Positions 38,213 through 42,825 of a DNA stretch of 42,825 nt are shown here, one piece after another. Position numbers and translations under genes: made by a program. The stretch is from an uncultured Planctomycetaceae bacterium (GTDB taxonomy: Bacteria; Planctomycetota; Planctomycetia; Planctomycetales; Planctomycetaceae). The stretch's first letter is position 1. Every line of letters begins with the position of its first letter. The DNA is taken from positions 248,001 through 290,825 of the forward strand of contig CAXBME010000007.1 of the NCBI GenBank assembly GCA_963976765.1, read 5' to 3'. The notes under the pieces are model-generated. The model was not told the origin of the DNA. It saw nothing but the letters and a program-made list of their open reading frames with translations, and made no database searches.

Positions 38213-39688
38213 CTACTCAAGGCATCGGACGATGATCGCGGACATGTCGTCGGCGATGTCTCTTGAGCCGACGTACCTGCAAACCTCAGCACGTAGCTCT
38301 TCGATGATCTGTGCGCCAGGCAGGTGACGCCGATCCCTGACGAATTCCAGCGTCCGTGCGAGACCGAAAAGTTCGTTCTCCACGGTGTGAGCTTCCTGAA
38401 ACCCGTCGGTCGGAACAAACAGGATGTCTCCAGGTTCGAACACGACGCGAAAACTGGTGTTGATGATAGTGTCGGGAATCAGGCCAAGCGGCAGCCCGGT
38501 ACTCTTCAACGTTTCAGTGACGCCATTTGCCTTCAGCAGGTATCCATTGTGACCAGCCGATGCGAACGTGAAGCTTCGGTCAGCCGGATCGACTCTCGTA
38601 AAAAACAAAGTGACGAATCGTTGTTCTTCGAGGTCGCCCGACAGAAACCGATTGGCCAGCATGAGAATTTCGCCCGAATGAGGACGTGTCGATGCGACAG
38701 CTCGCAAGTACGCGCGCAGTTCCGCCATCAGCAGCGCGGGGCCAAGTCCATGCCCGGTGACGTCTCCCACGACGATGCCCCAGCATCCGTTTTCCATCTG
38801 GATAAAATCGAAGTAGTCGCCGGCCGTTTCTTCGGCAGCATAGACGGCGCCGGCAATGTCGAAGCCAGGAACGTTCGGCGAGTTGCGAGGAAACAGAGCC
38901 TGCTGAACATGCCTCGCCGCGTCGAGTTCGTCCTGCATCCGCTTCTGAGTGCTGACGTCGAGTGAAACACCAATGGTGCCCATGATATTTCCGGCCGAGT
39001 CGAGCAATGGCTCAACATGAATGGACAATGATTTTCCTCGCCAGAAGAACTCGATTGAAACCGGCGCCCCTTGCGCAGCGCTTCGGTGAGCCGCGATCGG
39101 TGGAAATCGATCGTCGTCAGTCTCGAAAAATTCTTTCAGCGTTAGTCCAACCGGCGATTTCCCTTCGCTCTCTTTGATCAGAAACTCGGTCGACGGCGGA
39201 GTGATGCAAAGGTCGACGTCGGTTGTCCAGAGTACGGCGGGCAATTGCTCGGTGATCAGCCTCATGCGTTCGTCGCTCTGACGCTGCATGTCCGCAGCTC
39301 GTTGACGTTCGATCGAATAGCGAATCGACCGAGCGAGCACGTTGCCACTGATTTCGCCTTTGACGAGATAGTCCTGCGCTCCGACCTGCATCGCCTCAAG
39401 AGCCTTCTCTTCATCGGCCAGGCCCGTCAGCACGATAATTGGAACTGACGGATCGGCATTATGAAGCTTGCGGCAGGTGTCGATGCCGAAACTGTCGGGA
39501 AGATTCAAATCGGCAAGAACAATGTCGACAGGACGGCTTTTCAGGGCGGTGACGCCGTCTGCAAGGGTCTCGGCGAGATGAATCTGGTAGTCCGCAGAAC
39601 GCACCTGTTCGAGATAAATCTCAAACAGCTCGGCATCCGACTGACTGTCTTCGACCAGTAAAACACGGATGCAAGGAAGGTTCTGCAT
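38213..39688 (-). CDS. Response regulator receiver - PAS - SpoIIE/PP2C phosphatase (RsbU/RsbP-like)
   Basis: Receiver domain (VLLVEDS, DLNLPD, GAQDYLVK). PAS-like segment (LWTTD...GTIGVSLDVS). PP2C motifs AGDYFD, GDVTGHG, TDGFQE and DDMS. Confidence 0.9.
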   Translation of the reverse strand: MQNLPCIRVLLVEDSQSDAELFEIYLEQVRSADYQIHLAETLADGVTALKSRPVDIVLADLNLPDSFGIDTCRKLHNADPSVPIIVLTGLADEEKALEAMQVGAQDYLVKGEISGNVLARSIRYSIERQRAADMQRQSDERMRLITEQLPAVLWTTDVDLCITPPSTEFLIKESEGKSPVGLTLKEFFETDDDRFPPIAAHRSAAQGAPVSIEFFWRGKSLSIHVEPLLDSAGNIMGTIGVSLDVSTQKRMQDELDAARHVQQALFPRNSPNVPGFDIAGAVYAAEETAGDYFDFIQMENGCWGIVVGDVTGHGLGPALLMAELRAYLRAVASTRPHSGEILMLANRFLSGDLEEQRFVTLFFTRVDPADRSFTFASAGHNGYLLKANGVTETLKSTGLPLGLIPDTIINTSFRVVFEPGDILFVPTDGFQEAHTVENELFGLARTLEFVRDRRHLPGAQIIEELRAEVCRYVGSRDIADDMSAIIVRCLE

Positions 39689-39986
39689 GGATTGGCCCGT
39701 CGTCCTTTACGTCGCTCAAATTACTTCCACAGCGAACAACTGCCCTGGCAGGAAGTTACTTACGACAACTCTGAAGAACAGATCGGCTCGATGGTGATCG
39801 CCGGCAGCGTTTACGTTATTCGGATTCGTTATGTGTATCAGCCTGAACGAACAGGCTACCCGTCGCGTCGGCGTTTCGCTACGAGTACGTTTGCTACTGC
39901 CGGAAAGATTCGGTCAACTCCAGTATGCGAGTTGACAACTTCCCTCGCCAATTCAGAAGACTCGGCCTCACATGCAGGCTGAGTGG

Positions 39987-41516
39987 CTACTGGCGAAGCT
40001 GGCCGACAGCTCGGACGCCGGCGCCTTGAACATTGAGCCGACTGTCGCCGAGTTCGGCACGGACTTCGTCTCCATACTTCTGCAGCCGAGCGACGACTTC
40101 CGGAAACCTTGCGGCAACATCCGTCGATTCTCGAATGTCGGCTTCCAGATCGTAGAGTTCCAGGCCGGTGCGTTTCTGCGTGTACGGACCAGGCAGACCG
40201 TCATGTCCCGGCTCACTTCTCAGAGAGCGGTATCCGTGCGGGAAGTGCAGTTTCCATTTTCCACTTCGAACCGCCTGAAGCTCGCGCCCGTAGTACATCG
40301 CGTAGTATTCGTGAGGCGACTTCGCACCAGCCTGACCGGACAGCAACGGCCAGATGTCTTTGCCATCGATCGTGTGTTCGGGCAGCGGTGCTCCCGCCAA
40401 CTGAGCCAGCGTGGGCAGGATGTCGATCGTGGCGGCGACTTCGCTGCACTCAAGCCCGGCTGGGATTTTCCCTGGCCAGCGAGCGATAAATGGTTCGCGA
40501 CAGCCACCATCCCACATCGTCCCTTTGCCTTCTCGCAGAGGTAGTGCGGACCCGCCGTGATTTCCGTACGACAACCACGGACCGTTGTCAGAGGTAAAGA
40601 TAACCATCGTGTTTTCGTCGAGGCCGTTCTTCTTCAATGTTTCCAGAATCTGCCCGACCGACCAGTCGATCTCCATGATCACGTCGCCGTACAGGCCGCG
40701 TTTCGATTTTCCTTTGAACTTATCGCTCACATAAAGTGGTACGTGTGGCATCGAATGAGGCACGTAGAGAAAGAACGGTTGCTCTTTGTTTTTCTCGATG
40801 AACGAGACCGCCCGTTCGGTGTACCAGGTTGTCAGGTGAGTCTGATCTTCCGGCGAGACTTTCGGGTTAATGATCTTCTCGCCGTCGATCAGCGGCAGAT
40901 TCGGCCACCTCTTCAACCGTTCTTCCATCGGCAAATGCAGCACGTTCGGATGGTACGGCCACATGTCGTTTGAGTAGGGCAGCCCGAAGTAATCATCGAA
41001 CCCGTGTCGAGTCGGCAGAAATTGAGGGTGATGTCCCAGGTGCCACTTTCCATAAATTGCCGTTGCGTAGCCCTTTTGCTTGAGCACTTCGGCAATGGTC
41101 ATTTCGGCATCACTGATGCCGACGTTTGACTGCGGCCCCAATGCTCCCAGGATGCCGACTCGAACGTTGTAGCACCCGGTCATCAACGCACTGCGCGACG
41201 CCGAACACACAGCCTGCGAAACGTAGAAGTCCGTGAATCTCGCCCCTTCAGCCGCCATGCGATCGAGATTTGGAGTCTCAATATCCGGCGACCCGAAAAT
41301 GCCGATGTCCTGGTAGCCCTGATCGTCGGTAAAGACTACGACAAAGTTCGGCGGGCGATTCTCCTTCGCAGCAGTTGGCGAAGTGTTGAACTGGAGAAAC
41401 ACAACGAGCGTCGCAACAACGCTTGCCGCCGCTCTCAACCATTTCGACGAGACATCCCGGCAGGCATTGCTCGAAGAGTTTTCGGATTGCAGATTCGGGG
41501 TCTGAAACGCGTGCAT
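39987..41516 (-). CDS. Arylsulfatase (S1 family sulfatase)
   Basis: [40 protein letters not shown] and [12 protein letters not shown]. The exact start is uncertain. Confidence 0.92.
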   Translation of the reverse strand: MHAFQTPNLQSENSSSNACRDVSSKWLRAAASVVATLVVFLQFNTSPTAAKENRPPNFVVVFTDDQGYQDIGIFGSPDIETPNLDRMAAEGARFTDFYVSQAVCSASRSALMTGCYNVRVGILGALGPQSNVGISDAEMTIAEVLKQKGYATAIYGKWHLGHHPQFLPTRHGFDDYFGLPYSNDMWPYHPNVLHLPMEERLKRWPNLPLIDGEKIINPKVSPEDQTHLTTWYTERAVSFIEKNKEQPFFLYVPHSMPHVPLYVSDKFKGKSKRGLYGDVIMEIDWSVGQILETLKKNGLDENTMVIFTSDNGPWLSYGNHGGSALPLREGKGTMWDGGCREPFIARWPGKIPAGLECSEVAATIDILPTLAQLAGAPLPEHTIDGKDIWPLLSGQAGAKSPHEYYAMYYGRELQAVRSGKWKLHFPHGYRSLRSEPGHDGLPGPYTQKRTGLELYDLEADIRESTDVAARFPEVVARLQKYGDEVRAELGDSRLNVQGAGVRAVGQLRQ

Positions 41517-41875
41517 ATCAAGTCTTCCAGTCGCGAAACGTAAAACTCACCAGGTAAAACGACATCGCCAGAAACAAAAAACGTAGCCAGTCCGGCAGCA
41601 TTTCCATACTGAAAAGCCGTGCGAACACGGACGCCGCTCGGCGATTGTTGCCAGCCTCACTCGTCAGGTCAATTTGGTGAGTCCGCACAAGTCTCCTGGT
41701 AGCGGCGACTCAAGTAAAACGCGCATCGCGAATGCCAGCATCCCGCTCGAAACTATTCCTGGCGTGTCATATCTTGAACTGCAAAGAGTCATCAGAGTGT
41801 AGTTGCGGGCAAAAGTCGAATGATGCCTGAGTGCGGCAGGACAGCGGACTGCAATTCTTTTGAAAGCGTGTCTTA

Positions 41876-42448
41876 GTGGCGAAAGAGCCGGTGAAACTCA
41901 AAAAACGTCAATCGGAATTACGAGCGTGGCGTCCGAAGTGGATACTCGCAATGTCCGCGTACCTTGGCCTTTGCTGGTACGCAATGATGGCCGTTCACGA
42001 AGGCGGACATGTCATCGGTGCATGGCTGACTGGCGGTATCGTTGAACGAGTCGTCCTCCACCCACTGGCGATCTCCCGAACCGATCTCTCCGTAAATCCG
42101 CACCCGCTTCCAGTTGTGTGGTGCGGCCCGGTTTTCGGGTGTGTCATTCCCATCTTGAACTGGCTGATGACGCAACAACTCCTGCCGAAAGCCGCACACC
42201 TGGCCCGATTCTTCGCCGGATTCTGTTGCGTCGCTAACGGAGCGTACCTCGGAATCGGCTCGTTCGAATCGGTCGGTGATGCCGGCGACCTGCTCAAACA
42301 CAATTGCCCGATCGGCTACCTTTGGCTGTTCGGCATCGCAATGATTCCTGCCGGATTCGCACTCTGGAACGGCCTCGGACCGTCGTTCGGATTGGCCAAC
42401 TCACGAATTCGAGACGTGAATCAAAACTCAACTTCATCGCACAGTTGA
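41876..42448 (+). CDS. Small integral membrane protein with HExxH motif (M50B-like peptidase family)
   Basis: GTG start, AVHEGGHV motif, several transmembrane helices, and a GDAGDLL segment that could supply an acidic ligand. Confidence 0.65.
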   Translation: MAKEPVKLKKRQSELRAWRPKWILAMSAYLGLCWYAMMAVHEGGHVIGAWLTGGIVERVVLHPLAISRTDLSVNPHPLPVVWCGPVFGCVIPILNWLMTQQLLPKAAHLARFFAGFCCVANGAYLGIGSFESVGDAGDLLKHNCPIGYLWLFGIAMIPAGFALWNGLGPSFGLANSRIRDVNQNSTSSHS

Positions 42449-42553
42449 TGAGCCTGATTAGTGGCGATGGGCGACGGTTGCCTGAAGAATCAGGTAGCCG
42501 GGGCGTGACCATCAGAGAAAAATGAGAGTGATGTAGACTGCGGCCATGTCGAA

Positions 42554-42781
42554 TTACCAGAAGCCGTCGTCGTTACGTGCGATGGTTTGCTGAAGACAGT
42601 ACTCGGCGATTCTGCGAATCAGCACTTCCGGCAACGCTTCGTGGTAGGGAAACTTGATCAGACCTTTGGTTGTCTGCTGTTTCGCCAGTTCTTCACGAAA
42701 TGCCTCCATCGCCGACGCAATGGGTGCGAGGCTGCAATGTGTCTTGTGAGCGGAGAAAGCAAACAGGAATCTAGTGCTTCG
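42554..42781 (-). pseudogene. 3' remnant of a DUF1801/YdhG-like gene, cut off by an in-frame TGA
   Basis: The minus strand reads RSTRFLFAFSAHKTHCSLAPIASAMEAFREELAKQQTTKGLIKFPYHEALPEVLIRRIAEYCLQQTIARNDDGFW*, resembling DUF1801 C-termini. It is preceded by an in-frame TGA at 42784-42782. The segment is absent from the ORF track. Confidence 0.55.
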
Positions 42782-42825
42782 TCAGAGGGCAAAGTTCGGG
42801 TTCCACGGAATGGATGAATCTGAGT

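Noticed and set aside
42587..42817. 76-aa plus-strand ORF at the window end
   Set aside because: It is the antisense shadow of the DUF1801-like remnant on the minus strand.

Overview
Ordinary chromosomal segment of a Planctomycete (probably Planctomycetaceae). This assignment is inferred from hallmark families: DUF1501, DUF1080, PQQ-like propeller, sulfatases, a di-heme DUF1111-type protein and a protein with an LExRxML leader. About 28 CDSs are present. No rRNA, tRNA, CRISPR array or transposase was recognised. Housekeeping genes include nadD, mobA, two moeA paralogues, queA, queC, tsaB, lnt, a DksA/TraR protein and an HtrA protease. The most notable observations are: (1) a degenerate acyl-carrier-protein-like domain inside the ResB region of a giant CcsBA cytochrome c synthase, next to a lipoprotein with permuted repeats and a PPGHPP motif; (2) a candidate leader-dependent export locus made of an HlyD adaptor, a PqqD/RRE-like-M50 peptidase-HlyD fusion and an RTX/Calx-beta/choice-of-anchor-L protein, with queC lying between them in the opposite orientation; (3) an ABC exporter whose ATPase motifs are all degenerate; (4) a lone NrdR-box-like palindrome, a family of degenerate GCAGA intergenic repeats, and a DUF1801-like gene remnant at the right edge. 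All domain calls come from motifs recognised by eye, not from database searches.
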